A DNA stretch of 64,000 nucleotides from Schmidtea polychroa. Taxonomy: Eukaryota. Below are positions 41,901 through 57,280 of the stretch, in pieces. A program made the position numbers and the translations under genes. The stretch covers positions 18,974,001 through 19,038,000 of the forward strand of contig CM097885.1 in assembly GCA_044892525.1 (NCBI GenBank). Direction: 5' to 3'. Below the pieces are notes generated by a model that saw only the letters and a list, made by a program, of their open reading frames with translations, did not search any database and had not been told where the DNA came from. Each line of letters starts with the position of its first letter. Position 1 is the stretch's first letter.

Positions 41901-44167
41901 GGTTTGTTACTATAAATAAGCTGTATTTATTATCTATAGTATTACCTAAATGGCAAATGGAGTCATTTCTTACAATAAAATTATAATATAAGAGTATTTC
42001 TTTTAAAATTTAAAAAGTTTACAAAACATTCGAATGGTCCAAACAAACATCCTCACTATAGTTTGAATTTTAAAAAAATATATTGTAACCGTCGGCAGTA
42101 ATTAAACAAAATTTTTCTAAGGAGCGTAGATGGGAGAGGGGTTAGGACATAGTTCGGACCTAATTACTACATTATCTTAGTTGTCACGAATGATTTATTA
42201 AAACAAAAGATGAGTATTTAAAATTATTTCACAAACAACTGCCGATGTTGTTTGATTTATCAACTGAAATATTAAATAAAATATTAAAAAATTTATTTTG
42301 AAAATTTGACTTTTAATTATTTATTTTTTCAAAATTCATTCAAAATTTTTTTTAATTATATATATTTGAAAATAAGATAATTAATTAATTTAATCTTTGA
42401 AAGTAACCCAAAATATCAGCTTCCCAAAGTCATTTAAATTTATTTTAATTTGCGTTGGTATTCCAAGAACGTAAAATCTTATTCATATCATTCCCATTCA
42501 AGTTTACAAAAGATCTTCAAATCAGAAGGTATATTTCACCATTTCAGCACTACCCAACTAGATCTGTGCCAGCTCGGGCATACCCTTAAAAGGTTTATAA
42601 GTTATCAGTTGCACTTAAGACTAAATATGAATGCAAAGGCAGAAATAATGACCTCAACTATTATTTAATTTCAATAAATGAGAGGTAGTTATTATTAAAG
42701 TGAAAAATATATGACCATATTTCTAAAAGCATACTCCTATAACTAAATTATTTATAAAATATTTTTCTAATCAATGAAAATACATCAAAAATAAAAATTA
42801 AAAGGAATTCGATCAGTAAAATATATTATTTCTTGACCATTGAATTTTCAGCAATTTCACTAACACCTATTTAGATTTAAAAATTCCTTCTAGCAGTGTC
42901 ATCCTTTCATGGAAAAGTTATCTCTCAACTCAACATGAATTCTCACTGACAAAAAAATAGATCCAAAGGACATCACTAAAACATTGAATGGTCAAAATAT
43001 ATTCTTTCCAAGATAGTTACCAAAAATCTTAGTATTAAAATATTTACCCATTACACATAATATAATAAAAACCATCTATAATGTACAAAACAATCAATTA
43101 TTTATATTATAAAAAACGTAAAAATTAATTGTGACTTAAAGGTCCATCAAGAGTTACCATTTACTTAATCATTACATTTCAAAAAAGAAGTAGGACAATA
43201 AGTACAACATACAAATACGGTAAACGCAATTCTATAATAAATCAAACATGTAAACAATCAATAAAATGAACAGGCTGTACAATTACAAGTAGAAACAATG
43301 AATGAAACATACAAACACGGTGTATGCAACTTCTATAATAAAATAAACATTTAAACAAACGATAAAATGCACCATCTAAAAATATTTCACCCAATTTTAA
43401 TAAAATAATTTATTTTAAATGAAATTGAATTTTTCCAGATATTATTTTTGATTTATATCATATGGTAATTACACTTTCATTTTAAGAAAACGAAGAAAGA
43501 AATTTGTGTGTTTTAATTATTTATTATCAATAACTGTTAAATTATTGTTTGAAAAATCATTTATATCTCAATAAATGCTTTTTTACAAAATCGTTGATAA
43601 AACCGTAAATTATGGCAGAATGGTTTTATAAATTTATAATTTTTGATAATATTTATTTAAAAATTTTCATTTATGAATTTAAATATTTAAATTTTCATTT
43701 GAAAAATTAAAAACTGAATTAATAAAATCTTTAAATATAAATTGAAATGAATTTTAACAAATAAATATTTTATGTACAATGGAAAATAATTTTAAACAAA
43801 AAATTTAAAATTGTTTTTATTGAAATTATTTTAAAGTGCAATTTAATAATTTATCCAGAAATATTTTCTTGGAATTGGATATTATTATTTAATAGATTTA
43901 ATAAGTAGATATTAATTTGCATAATTCACACTAAGTGACAGTTGAAAATAAAATTGATATGACAACTTCTAATTATACTTTTTGATGAATTATTAATGGT
44001 AAAATATCTATTACTCAGAGATGACTTAAAATTTTAATATTTTTTCTTTTTAATCGTCCAAGAGAATAAATAAATTTTTGCATCTTGCAATTAACACATA
44101 TTTCAGGATCTAGTCTGACCCATCTTCAAAGGGTCTTCGTAAGCATTAGAGAACTATTAATTAAAAT

Positions 44168-45000
44168 TATTGAGGTTTGTCTAAATTGGTAAAAAATAAA
44201 TTTAATTGAATGCAAATCGATTAAAAATTAACAATATTTATAAAATTTAAAATTAATAAATAAAATACAAAAATTAATTAAAAATTGATAAAGTTAGAAA
44301 TTGACATATTTCGGTGGGTATGGGTTGATGAAAAATAATGAGACAAATACGAATACAACAATATAAAATTAGTGGAAGGTCTCCAGAAAATACAAATTAA
44401 TTAAGAAAAAATAAATACATGTAATAATTGTGTGGAAACTTTGAGCGATAAATAAAAAATCAATGAGATTAATCTTTCCTCAAAAATCAAATTAGCTAAA
44501 CAAAGTATTTGGATATAAATGCGAGAGATCACTCGATAAATTGTTTTATTTTTAACAGAAATGCCGCTTATTTAATAGTTTTAACTTAAAAAATGTTGTT
44601 TGCCTAATTTAATTATTTTGTTTTCGAAAATTTGTAGGAGAGAAACTTATATGAAAAAACAGACACGGATAGCTAGTTGTCAGTTGACATAAGATAAAAT
44701 TTATAATAAATTTATTCAAAGAATAATCAAAGAGTAAAGAGTGAAGTTAGAGTTAGTCAATCAAATTAATTAAAGGCGTACCAGAAAAGGAGGTTTTCCT
44801 TTGGAAATATCTACTTTATCACTTTTGAAATGAAGATAGGAGTAAAGGTTTTCTTTATAATATTGTTAGAAATTGTATTGTAATTAAATAAAATCTATTG
44901 TGTTGGGTGTCATTGTTTTAATTTAACTAAAAATAATGCGCAATCAAAATACAATAAACAAACAATAAAACTAATTTAGTTTTTTGTGAATTTTATCTAC
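44168..45000 (+). mobile_element. Degenerate solo LTR related to 13942-14732
   Basis: Collinear patches: GGGTATGG(G)TTGA(A)TG region, AATAAA...TTGTGTTG(A/G)GT(T/G)TCATTG near the 3' end; similar length. Confidence 0.45.
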
Positions 45001-45353
45001 ATTTATTATTATTATTATTATTTTTAATAACTGCAAAATTAACTCTAAATCAAATTTAAAAATTATGTTTCTAATTGCAGTTAGTTGAATAATAATTTAT
45101 TAATAAAAACAATAAAATTAATTATTTATTTGTATTATAAAAATTCTTCTAGATTTTCTTTCTCTTTAAATTTCAACTATCAAAACCAAACATTTAGACA
45201 ATTGAAACACTAAACTAACAGAACAAAACAAAAGAAGGATTAATTTACATAGATATTTATATATATTTATAATTGTGGATCTAATAAATAAATTTAATTT
45301 TAAATTTAATTTTACAAATTAATTTGAATTTCAGCAAATTTTATTATTCCCTA

Positions 45354-45619
45354 GAAAATTTAAAATTTAAACAGTTTTAAAATTTTTTTAAATTATAAAT
45401 TGCTACGCGTTTAAAAATGCAATTAGATGATTGTTTGCCATTGTATTAATATTTTTCTATATTATTAATAAATTATTCCATTAGCTATTAATGGAATAAT
45501 TTATTAATAATATAGAAAAATATTAATACAATGGCAAACAATCATCTAATTGCATTTTTAAACGCGTAGCAATTTATAATTTAAAAAAATTTTAAAACTG
45601 TTTAAAATTTAAAATTTTC
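45354..45619. repeat. Near-perfect palindrome, ~130-bp arms, 5-nt loop
   Basis: Arms mirror around the GCTAT loop at 45484-45488. Confidence 0.95.
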
Positions 45620-46946
45620 ATTTTTCTATCCAATTTTGTCAAACATTTAAATGAACGTCCCAAGTTTATTCAGGTCTAATGACTCACTTATATAATAAAT
45701 TAAATTCCTAATTCTTCATTTTTATAAATCTTTATGAGATAAACACAGGTATCCTTTAAGGTTTATTTACGTTCTTTACATCCAATAAAATTTAAGCGGA
45801 TTAAGGTAAGGAAATTGAATTTCTAGGAAAACGAAAAGGAAAATTAATTACTGACAACTTTGTAAAAAACAATTTTAGAAAATATGACAAGATAAAAAGA
45901 AATTGTCCGACAATTGACTTACATAATTAACTTTTGCATAAAAAATAAAGCAGATTTTGTTTAGGTAAAGACGGAAAATTAAGACAAATCAAATGAATGA
46001 GATTTTTAATTAAATGAGTGTATTGAGGAAGATTAATTTAAATATTATTTGTCTGATATTCAGAAATTATTTCACCAAACCCTAAATGCAGGAAACCTTA
46101 GAAAACAGCATTTTCTATAAATAATTTATGAATTAAAATAATTTCTAAAAATATAACATTTATTATAATTCTAAAAAAATTATAGTCACATATCCGTGTG
46201 CAATAAAATACCTGTAACTATGTAACTGTAAGCTTTCAGTAGTTTCCCACCTTTTAGGCTTCAATTATTTTGTTCCTCCTCTCAGACTCTTTTTTAAAAT
46301 ATTTATAATTAAACACGTTTTCAATTTTAAGTAAAAATAGTAATACAAAAAAATGAAATCTACAAATTACAAAATGATATAAAAGTTTTGCTATAACATA
46401 TAAAAGCTTACATTTATTAATATATTAAATTATTTTTAAAATAATTAAAAAGAAGCATTAAAACAATTCTAAAATGACATTTTTTTAAATAACTGTTAAT
46501 TACTTTAATATTTGAAAAATTTAATTTACAGTGTAAATTTTACCTACAAAAATAATTAAATATTATCAATTCAAATTCTATTTATAACATTTACTTCTTT
46601 TGTATGTAAATTTTAATTTTTCAAATGTTACGGCGCCTCTCTGGTTGCAAACCAATGCTGGAAGACGTTTTAGACTGAGAATTCTATATTTGAAATATTT
46701 TGTTAATAAAAAAGTAAATAATCAAATTGTTAAAAGCAAATATAAATTTTTAATAATAAGTAATTATATAATAAAAAATAAATTGAAAAAGGCAGTACCG
46801 AAAATTTGTGAATATCAAAAACATCGATATATTACGGATTTTTTAATAAATACAAAATATTTAATGTTAGAATTTTGGAATATTTAAATATATAATTTCA
46901 TTGTGTTTAGAAGCAAATTTAAAAATATATATTATAATTAAAAAGA

Positions 46947-47130
46947 TTTTAAACAATAAAGTGATAATTTAAGCCTCTTACTGCGAATAATGTATTTAAT
47001 GAAAATTCTTTTCGACTATAAGATAGTCCTTGTCGAAAACACCATTTCATTAAATACATTATTTGCAGCAAAAAGCTTAAATTATCACTTTATTGTTTTA
47101 AATAATAAATGCTGCTACCAAGAAATCACT
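46947..47130. mobile_element. Foldback/MITE family copy (hairpin)
   Basis: ~55-bp inverted arms; same family as 8055-8200 and 31200-31337. Confidence 0.8.
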
Positions 47131-47721
47131 TTATAATTTAAAATGATATTTTTGTAATATTAAATTTTTAAATATTAAATTCTTTTGATATTTGGAAAAT
47201 ATTTGGAAAATATTTGGTTCAAAGCTTAAAGTTTGTATATAAAATAAAACATTATTGTGGTATTTTACCGGCTGAAAACAAGATAAATTCCAGAAGATGT
47301 TTTAGTAACATATAACAGCCATTATGTGATAGAAAAACATCTAAAAAAAGAAAGAAGAAATATTTAAATGTTTTATTGTCTTGTTAATTTTGAAAATATC
47401 CACCATTAAAATAATACTATTCTGTTGTTATCACATCAGTTATTCTACAAAAAACTAAATAAAATGTATAAAGAACAAAAACCTAGATACATCAGAATAG
47501 GACCTTGAGGGTTATGCTTGTCAGATATTTGGCATAACATTTATTTTATACCCCATAACAATTTTTTAGGGGAGTTAATTTTTTTTGTTATAACGAAGTG
47601 ATTAATTTAATTTTTTGTTTTAATGAAGTAATTTTTTTAAAATAATTTTTAAATGAAATATATTAATTTTAATATTAATTTTTAAATTAATATTATTTTT
47701 TAAATTTATATTTACATTTAT

Positions 47722-49131
<1,410 letters not shown>

Positions 49132-49149
49132 TGACCTAAGGGTATATAG

Positions 49150-49720
49150 TGTAGTGGTTTGATAACAAATTTATTCGGGTTCATATTATTGTTAGGATTT
49201 GTTACATATTTCGCGAATTATAATGGATGAAGGTGTTGTTCTATGAGAGCCAACACTAAAACTATTAGGAGCCGAATACAGTTAATCTTGATAATAATAA
49301 CATGGCATAGAAATTGCTTTACTCGTCTGAGATTGATTAATAGAGCCTGATTGATAAGTAGAAGTATTAGCTGATTGCATGAATTTTGATTGACTCTTTG
49401 AATGAGATAGAGTAGACTGCGATGTTCCAGCTAATGTGCAATTATAGATGATATTTGATTGGCCATAATTGTGTTCTGATCGATCCTTATTCGCTAATGA
49501 TCGCCCATTTACATATAATATAATATAATATAATATTTATATAGATATTGTTAAGGCCGCGTAACGGCTCACTACACCCCCACTCTAAAATATTTTATGA
49601 GGGGTTTACAAGTCAGGGGATCAAGTCAAATGTTTGACGGGAATTATCCTAAAGGTACTTTTCTTACATCAAGCTTCCTAATCCTTTTTAGAGATTCTTT
49701 CTATCACATAAACTTTCAAA
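49150..49720 (-). mobile_element. LTR retrotransposon 3' end: LTR 49150-49576, PPT 49577-49586, short internal remnant
   Basis: TGTAGTG...CACTACA termini; minus-strand AGAGTGGGGG directly precedes the LTR; minus-strand AATAAA near 49170. Confidence 0.8.
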
Positions 49721-51201
49721 ATTTCAAGCATGTTCTATTTCATATTGGCGTTATAAGCACTTGTATGCGTCCTATAATTAATATCTATTTGGCAATTAAT
49801 ATTTTCAAGAAATTATTAATTCAAAATTATAAGTATTATGTAACTCTTTCTTCCATCTCCTAACAACCGTAATATATACATGTAAATCATTGTATTTATT
49901 AATTGGTTTTTATTTACCTTTTTAGTTTAGTTTTAGTTACATTTTCTTTTGCAAAAATCTCATAAATAGCAATAAATGGTGAAAAATCAGTGCAATAATA
50001 AGTAAAAAGTTTAAACATGGACATTTTACCCATCATACAACCCTTAATAAAAATAGAACCTGCCTTTATCAAATTAACTTGCTTTTAATATTTAGTCATT
50101 ATTTATCACGTTTGAGCCTCTGATTTCTCAAAAAAGGGAATCCCACAACTATATATACTTTCCAATGTGACTACACGAGTGAAGTGAAACGCAATTTACA
50201 TTGATACATTAATGAACTCATCATAAACAAAACGTACAGTTTGTTAATTGAATTATTTACAATTTTTATGAAAATGAAATTGGCAAATAACAAATCCAAT
50301 GATTACTTTCACTTATTTTAGCCTTCTCTATTTGGGATAAAGTCCTTCCCAAAACATTCTTTACAGAAAGTGCAAAATTGACTTCATCATTTGCAGTCTT
50401 CACTGTTCGTCTCAACTTCATCTATACACATTTAACTCTTAGACTTCTAACTTCGGAACTTAAATTCCACAAATTACAAAGTAGAATTGAATAAAACTTG
50501 TCGCATCTGACTTAATGAATGAATAAAAAACAAGCAATTTTTAGATAAGGAAAAGAAATATTTTTGTTTCAATTCGACTTCGTAAATTATGATTGATCAA
50601 AAACACTTGAAATAAAAATAAAGTAAACAGCAATGTAATTTCTAATGTTAAAAAATGCATTTCTATTTTCAATTCTTTTATATTACTAAAATCCCAAAAT
50701 TATTCATTATTGTCTCTTATATGTTTTTACAAGGTACAGGAGGCAACTGCACCGTTCTCTCTCCAAATAGTCAAAGTATTGTGGAGATTTGTTATGGAAC
50801 TCCTGCATCAAAATCACTGTAAACATTTTGTTTAAATTCATTTTAAAATTGCAAATTAAAACCATCCTATTTGATGTTTATAAAAATATTAATTTTTATT
50901 TACTTGTTTTATTGAAATATTATACAACTTCAAACAGGCATTTCATTTGTACTAATTAAAACATTATATAGTAAACAAGAACGTATTCTGTAATTTTGAC
51001 GATTTTAAATTTCCTAGTTTTTCAAGATGAAATAAAATCAAATTTATTCATCAAAAATATGCAAAGATTTTCTTTATATATACAATGTATATAATTTACA
51101 AAGGCTTGCAATTATAATGATATAAATTAAGTTTTAACACAAAATTAACAATTAATCGTTGTACGTTTTCTAGTGTTAATTGAATCCATAAAAATTTAAT
51201 A

Positions 51202-51504
51202 TCTCTCTATATATAAAAAGGCTAAGGGTCCCCTCCATTTGAATTTTACTATTTTTCTTCTAAAATTATTTTATTTTTCTTTATTTTTCTTTTTTTTTAT
51301 TTTATGAAGTATTTATTATTTTGTAATTATCATTCTATATTACTTAGAAACGGTTTATGCTATTATCTTTTATCATAGTTCTATAAACATATTAATAAAC
51401 TGAATCTTACTCCTGTCCAAGAATATCCTGGGTATTAACTTTAACATTAACCCCACGTTCTAACGGGGTTGGTGAAGCGAAGCGAACAAGGGCAGAGCCC
51501 CTAG
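51202..51504 (+). mobile_element. Non-autonomous Helitron copy 3 (~300 bp, canonical ends)
   Basis: A|TCTCTCTATA... start, GGGCAGAGCCC hairpin and CTAG|T end. Confidence 0.9.
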
Positions 51505-51629
51505 TTACGTTTATTTTAATAAAATAATAAAAAAGGTATGAAATAAATTATAATAATTGAAAATTTTTCTAATGATAGCCCAACAATATTTAAACTTTAT
51601 TTACAACTTACCTTTATTATAAAAAATTT

Positions 51630-51765
51630 TTTTCAATTTTCACCACTGATTTATTTTCAAATGACATTGTATATATTAAAAAGCTTGACTATGAATCAAT
51701 AAATATATCTATATTTTTTTAGATATATTTACTGTTTCATAGTCAAGCTTTTTAATAAATACAAC
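51630..51765. repeat. Dispersed palindromic repeat family (AAAAAGCTTGACTATGAA)
   Basis: Inverted arms at ~51678-51753; related pieces at 122-200, 1587-1635, 19725-19785 and 46782-46860. Confidence 0.65.
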
Positions 51766-52211
51766 TTACCTTTATGATTAGATTTCATAATTAGATAAAC
51801 GTGAAATCAGATTTGACAATAATTTTTATTTTTCCAGTATAAAAAATTTAAATAACAAATTTGTTTATTTTATTTAAAACCTTCTTGGTCTCATCGACAC
51901 TTAAAAAATGTTTTAATACGTTAATTTCATCTGTAGCTTCCTCTTTTCCTTCCCCATAGGATTTTTTAATTATTTAATTTTAATTAATTTTAATTAAATT
52001 AATTTTCTGCTATCCCAAAAATTAAGTAAATGTAATTAAATTGAGTAATAATCAAAAAAAATAAATTTATTCCATAACAAAATAGTAGTTTTCTGAAAAT
52101 TAAATTATCCGACTTCAACTGCTAAAGTTTCATGGAAATGCAACTTGATAACATCTTTTGGGATTGACGAAATAATAATAATAAGAAGAATTTTATCAAT
52201 TTTTTTTATAC

Positions 52212-52700
52212 TTGAGTATTGAAAATATTTTTCATTTCTTTTTTAACAGACTTTGAATATAAATCAGAACAATTAATTTCTGGAGGAGGATTATCGACAG
52301 CTAAAGTCTGATGTGAAGGACTGAATATGATAGGGAAAATATTTGAATGCACCTGGCAGATTGGATTGACAGGAGTAATTCCTACACAACCCGTTTGAAT
52401 ACTTGGATACTTTGTACACTGCTGACACCAACAAATGTTATTCAATTCTAGTCCTGTTCCCGTGGAAAACTGACTGTTTACGTCTTGTTTTGATAAACTA
52501 TTAGAGACCTCCTCTAATTTTCCTTGGTTTGTGTTGACTTGCAAGTTATATTGAGGATCGGATTTTGATGAGCAGTGACATTCGACTTGTTTGTCTTCTG
52601 GTAAAATAGGGCACCAGTGATATCTCGGCAAAGGGTAAGGGTATTTTAGTGGATCATAGTGTCCTAAACATTTCAATGAAATAAACCATTGCAATAAATA
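52212..52700 (-). pseudogene. Open 163-codon Cys/Pro-rich exon-like segment of an unidentified, probably decayed gene
   Basis: Stop-free frame bounded by AG (52701-52702) and GT (52210-52211); the predicted upstream exon 52848-52991 joins in frame but has a TGA. Confidence 0.45.
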
Positions 52701-53529
52701 CTTTAAATGCAGATGTTAAATATATAAAATTATTTAAAGAATCTCTTATTAGTAAATTTGTAATAATAAATAAGGTGTGTCGATACGGGGAAAAAGAAAT
52801 TTGTTGTTGCATAAAAAGGGAAGGGGTATTAAAACATATCTATTTACATTTATAAAATATATTCAATCCATTGCAAGTAAATCAGACAATAAAATATTAA
52901 AATTTGAGTTCAGTGAGTTCGACACTAACAGACTCCCAATATCCAGACAACTTGGAATCCAGGTCACTTGGATAATATAATTAGTTTCTGGCTTATATTA
53001 AAAATATAACTAAATTGTAAATTTGAATAAACCAACTGACCCAAATCAAAGAATATTATTGTTAGTCCAGATCCCGAAGAATAATTGCAAAACTCAGAGT
53101 CTCCTTGTCAAAATGACGGTGTTGACATTCCCAATGATATATATTATTATTTAGGATATAGCCTAGTTATATTTAAAGCTGCCACGATAATCTTGTGCAC
53201 TATTTCAAAATATAAAAATATTTTCGTAATACTAAAATGAATTATAAAAGAAAACGAATATTTTGAGTAAGAGAGGTTTGAAATCAGATTAATACAAATA
53301 TATTTTTCAAAAATACCCTATATCTATTTTTCTCAATATTTTGAAAGATAAATAGAAGATTTATTCTATGTTTTTTGAGTTTTCCATTTTAATAAAATTT
53401 CTAATTATTTTTAAATTTTATTTAATACTCATTAGTAAATAAAAATAATAATAATACTAATATTAATAATAATAAAGAGATTATTTAATGTTAATATTAT
53501 TATATTAATATTAACAATAATAAAAATAA

Positions 53530-53920
53530 TTAAGATAAACATTACAAGCTTTGTGATACCCAGTGCAAATCTCAATGGTAGATTAGTTTCGAGCTTTTGG
53601 CTCTCATCAGTACTTTGCAGGAGACGCGAAGATTTCTCTTCGCGCCAGGTAAGTATACAATATTGCTGATTCAACTCTATTGCATACTTTACCTACACTG
53701 GAAATCACATCACTTTCAAATTCGCTAAATCACAGAAAAAAAATATCTGCAAACTTGTAAACATGGCGTATGAAAAATCATATTCGCCTCTGGAGACACC
53801 GTCATACACAAAAACTGTTTACAAGTGCATCCGTAAACCTTTAGAATTTTTAACTTGTAATGGATTAAAATATTTTTTTACGGATGTCTAACAATAAAAT
53901 AAGATAAACATTACAAGCTT
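53530..53920 (-). mobile_element. Retrozyme-like repeat copy 2 (monomer plus end of the preceding tandem unit)
   Basis: AAGCTTGTAATGTTTATCTTA occurs twice ~370 bp apart on the minus strand; collinear with copy 1. Confidence 0.85.
53564..53619 (-). ncRNA. Type I hammerhead ribozyme, variant
   Basis: GTA-CTGATGA-GAGC(CAAAA)GCTC-GAAA-CTAA-TC^TAC; a G>A change breaks the stem III palindrome. Confidence 0.75.
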
Positions 53921-53934
53921 TACAAGAAATTACA

Positions 53935-54079
53935 AGAAATCTTCGCGTCTCCTGCAAAGTACTGATGAGAGCCAAAAACTCGAAACTAGTCTACTATTGG
54001 GATTTACACTGGGTATCACAAAGACTGTAATGTTTATCTTATTTTATTGTTAGACATCCGTAAAAAATATTTTAATCCA
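53935..54079 (+). mobile_element. Inverted partial copy 3 of the retrozyme-like repeat
   Basis: Runs from AGAAATCTTCGCG through the hammerhead to TTTTAATCCA; inverted relative to the adjacent copy 2. Confidence 0.85.
53953..54007 (+). ncRNA. Type I hammerhead ribozyme
   Basis: AGTA-CTGATGA-GAG(CCAAAAA)CTC-GAAA-CTAG-TC^TACT; cleavage predicted after 53991. Confidence 0.85.
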
Positions 54080-54287
54080 ATAAAAATATTTGTAAGGAGA
54101 AGATTTATAAATTTATTTAATTATTAATTATATTTAATTTATATATTTACAATTATCAATGTATAAAAGTACGATGAATTTATTAATAATTAATAAAATT
54201 ATGACACATTGTGCTAAATTAAAGAGGTTTGAATTAAGTTTATTATATTATATGTTACATTCTATTTTAAGAATATAACAATTTTAA

Positions 54288-54509
54288 CTCTTTCGGCCCT
54301 GCCGGTGGCATTTGTTGCCATAATATTTATAGGCTCTACTTTTTGTGCCTGTCCTTATTTTTACTCTTAATCACTAAATGTCATTCCAACAAAGTACATC
54401 CTATACCTATGAAACAAACCAGGTCAAATTGAGTTTTGAATTTCTTGATAAGTTTTCCATCAATAATAAAAAAATAACTTTCAAATTTAAAATTCCAGGG
54501 CTGAAAGGG
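54288..54509. mobile_element. piggyBac-type MITE
   Basis: TTAA at 54284-54287 and 54510-54513; TIR CTCTTTCGGCCCTG vs CCCTTTCAGCCCTG (2 mismatches). Confidence 0.8.
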
Positions 54510-54567
54510 TTAAACAATATCAATTTCGGACCTAGAAAACTACCTTTTCAACTGTTACCTGTAAAAC

Positions 54568-55830
54568 TAGGGTTTGAAATTTACTATCGAATCGCAATTA
54601 CCGGTAAACAGTAACGTTTGCTAAAAAAATTATCATAAATTAAAACCTAAATAATTTCAAATACGTTTCAGGTGAAAAATGACATACATTTATATATATC
54701 TTTTTGTTTTTACTAAGATATGGTAATTGGAGATCATAATCACTTATATATATATATACCACATTGAAATTGGTTAATTTGAATTACGACTGTAAAATAT
54801 TTGGTTTACCTGTCTGTGAGGAGTTAATATTATTAACTTATTAGTTTATCCATTAACTTATTGATGTATGTAATACATATGTTAGCCGCAACAACGTCGA
54901 ATTAATGTTCAATATCCATAATTAATAAAATTACCAAATAAAATGACTAAACTAAAATTTATTTTATTCACAAAACTGCGCTATTTGGTAATATTCAAAC
55001 AAATCTCTTCGAGGCTGTTTATTATTTTAATTTTGATGGTGATTTCAATGCTGGTTTAATTTATTTTAATATTTAATATATTTTAATTTATTTTTATATT
55101 TTAAACTTAATTTAATTTATTAATTTAAATATTTGTATAAAAATTTATGTAATCTGATAAATACAATTTAAATGTTTATTAGCAATGTTCAGTTTTAACT
55201 TAAACGAGAATTCTACCCTTTCAACATACATTAGGTATTTGAATGCACACATCATATACATCTAATGTAAATTCGTAATTAAGATAAAATAAAATAATAT
55301 TAATCTTTTGGACATAATAATTTTTCAGAATTAAAATATGCTCTCATGAAACAAATTATATCAATACTTTCACATTTTAAGCTTAACCTGAATTTTGAAC
55401 ATATTTGTTCTGCATATAAAAACGCTCGTTCTGATTAAATATTTGTTGATATTTTGAAATACAATGTTCAAATATTTACCTCGATTTTTCTCAAGTTCCC
55501 AACATGACATTTTTCTCTCAATAACTGTGTGTATATCTTTTTTCGGTTTATCCACTTTATTTTTATCATTTATCTTATGTATTTTTGTTATTTATGGCAA
55601 TGAAGCATTTCTCCGAAGTTAATAATTGGACCATTTCTATTTCATCTTCATCTCAGTTCTTTTGGTCAGAAATAATATTATTCTCGTTCCTTTTCATGCT
55701 TAATTATATCTTTGATTGTCGCTATAATTGTAGTATTATTTGTTAAATAGTCCATATACATAAATTACATTGATCTTTATCGCTCTTCCTTTCTTTATTT
55801 CAATTATTAGTTGTTTTTTAAGTTAAATGA
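54568..55830 (-). mobile_element. hAT (hATm-like) remnant
   Basis: Minus strand ~55330-55510 reads RGKYL...SERAFLYAEQICSKFRLSL..SID.ICFMRAYF (dimerisation domain) across frameshifts; TAGGGTTTG terminus with ACCGGTAA at 54568. Confidence 0.65.
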
Positions 55831-56489
55831 CTAAAAAAGAACTGCATTGGTAAAGTTCATATAGTATAAAAGTCAATGTTATATTGGCTGTATACAGATT
55901 TATGTATTCACAACATATGAAAACCTTCATTAACTGTTTGGGAAAGTCGTTTACTAGGCATCGATAATAAGGTCTTTAAAGATTAACATCACGATTTAAA
56001 TGGCTTCAGCAGAAATATAATTGTGTCTTTAGTTTCTATTTCAATTGTTTTTTATTTAACACACATGATTACATAATCATATTTTATTGTCTAAATCAAG
56101 CCTTTGCAACTTTATAATTTAAATCATTTTTAAAAGAAATTTCTTCATGGCTTCCACAATATTTCAAAAGAAAACTGAATCCTAAAAAAGAAAAATTATA
56201 TAAGAAGGAAATTTCTAGAGGCAAATACTAAAACAATCGGCTCAATTTGTAGGAGATTTGAGCAAGTTTTCAAAGATTACTGTTGAAAAAGCATTCCAAG
56301 TAAAGATTTTCTGCGAAGTTTAGTGTCATATAAAGAATCTATTGTAAATACACAATAGCATACCTGAAAAGAATTCTGTCATCGCATTTACTTAAATATT
56401 TTAACTCTCTGTTTTACATTTTTTTCTCTTGAGCTATCGAGGATGTTTGTATATTTTATTTATGGCTCTAAACAACTCATCTTATTCGA

Positions 56490-56527
56490 ATGTGGACCTT
56501 TTAAGCCTAAAGATTGGATACCCCTGG
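56490..56527. mobile_element. Orphan hAT Charlie-like terminus
   Basis: TTGGATACCCCTG (reverse complement CAGGGGTATCCAA) followed by GTCTAAAT. Confidence 0.45.
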
Positions 56528-56969
56528 TCTAAATACACGTTTTACTAGGGCGAAAATTAGCCTAAAGTTACAATAAATTGGTCGAAATATAAGAGAAAAG
56601 AATATATTAATAAATAATGTTGTTTGTAATTTAAATCTTTGTTTAATTTTCCTCAATTATTATTTCAAATATGGTACAATAAACGGTCGAGAGAGCGAGA
56701 CAATTCAGTCTAATTGAGTTGATATCTTATTAGGAATGCTTAAAAATACATTTTAATTTAAACAAAAAGTTTATCTGAAAGTCGACAGAGAAATTATTAA
56801 AATCACACCAAAAATATGAAGAAAGTCAAAAACCTTATTCTAATTATTCATTTATTTATACAAACGTATCAATTGTTACTCAACTTTGAAATTAAAATGG
56901 CAAGTGTAGCTTAATGAAAATTAATGGAATTCTTCATTTGAAAGAGTTTAATTAATTAAATTTCTTTAT

Positions 56970-57280
<311 letters not shown>

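Noticed and set aside
43206..43373. ~100-bp-period diverged duplication
   Set aside because: Two copies only, no further structure.
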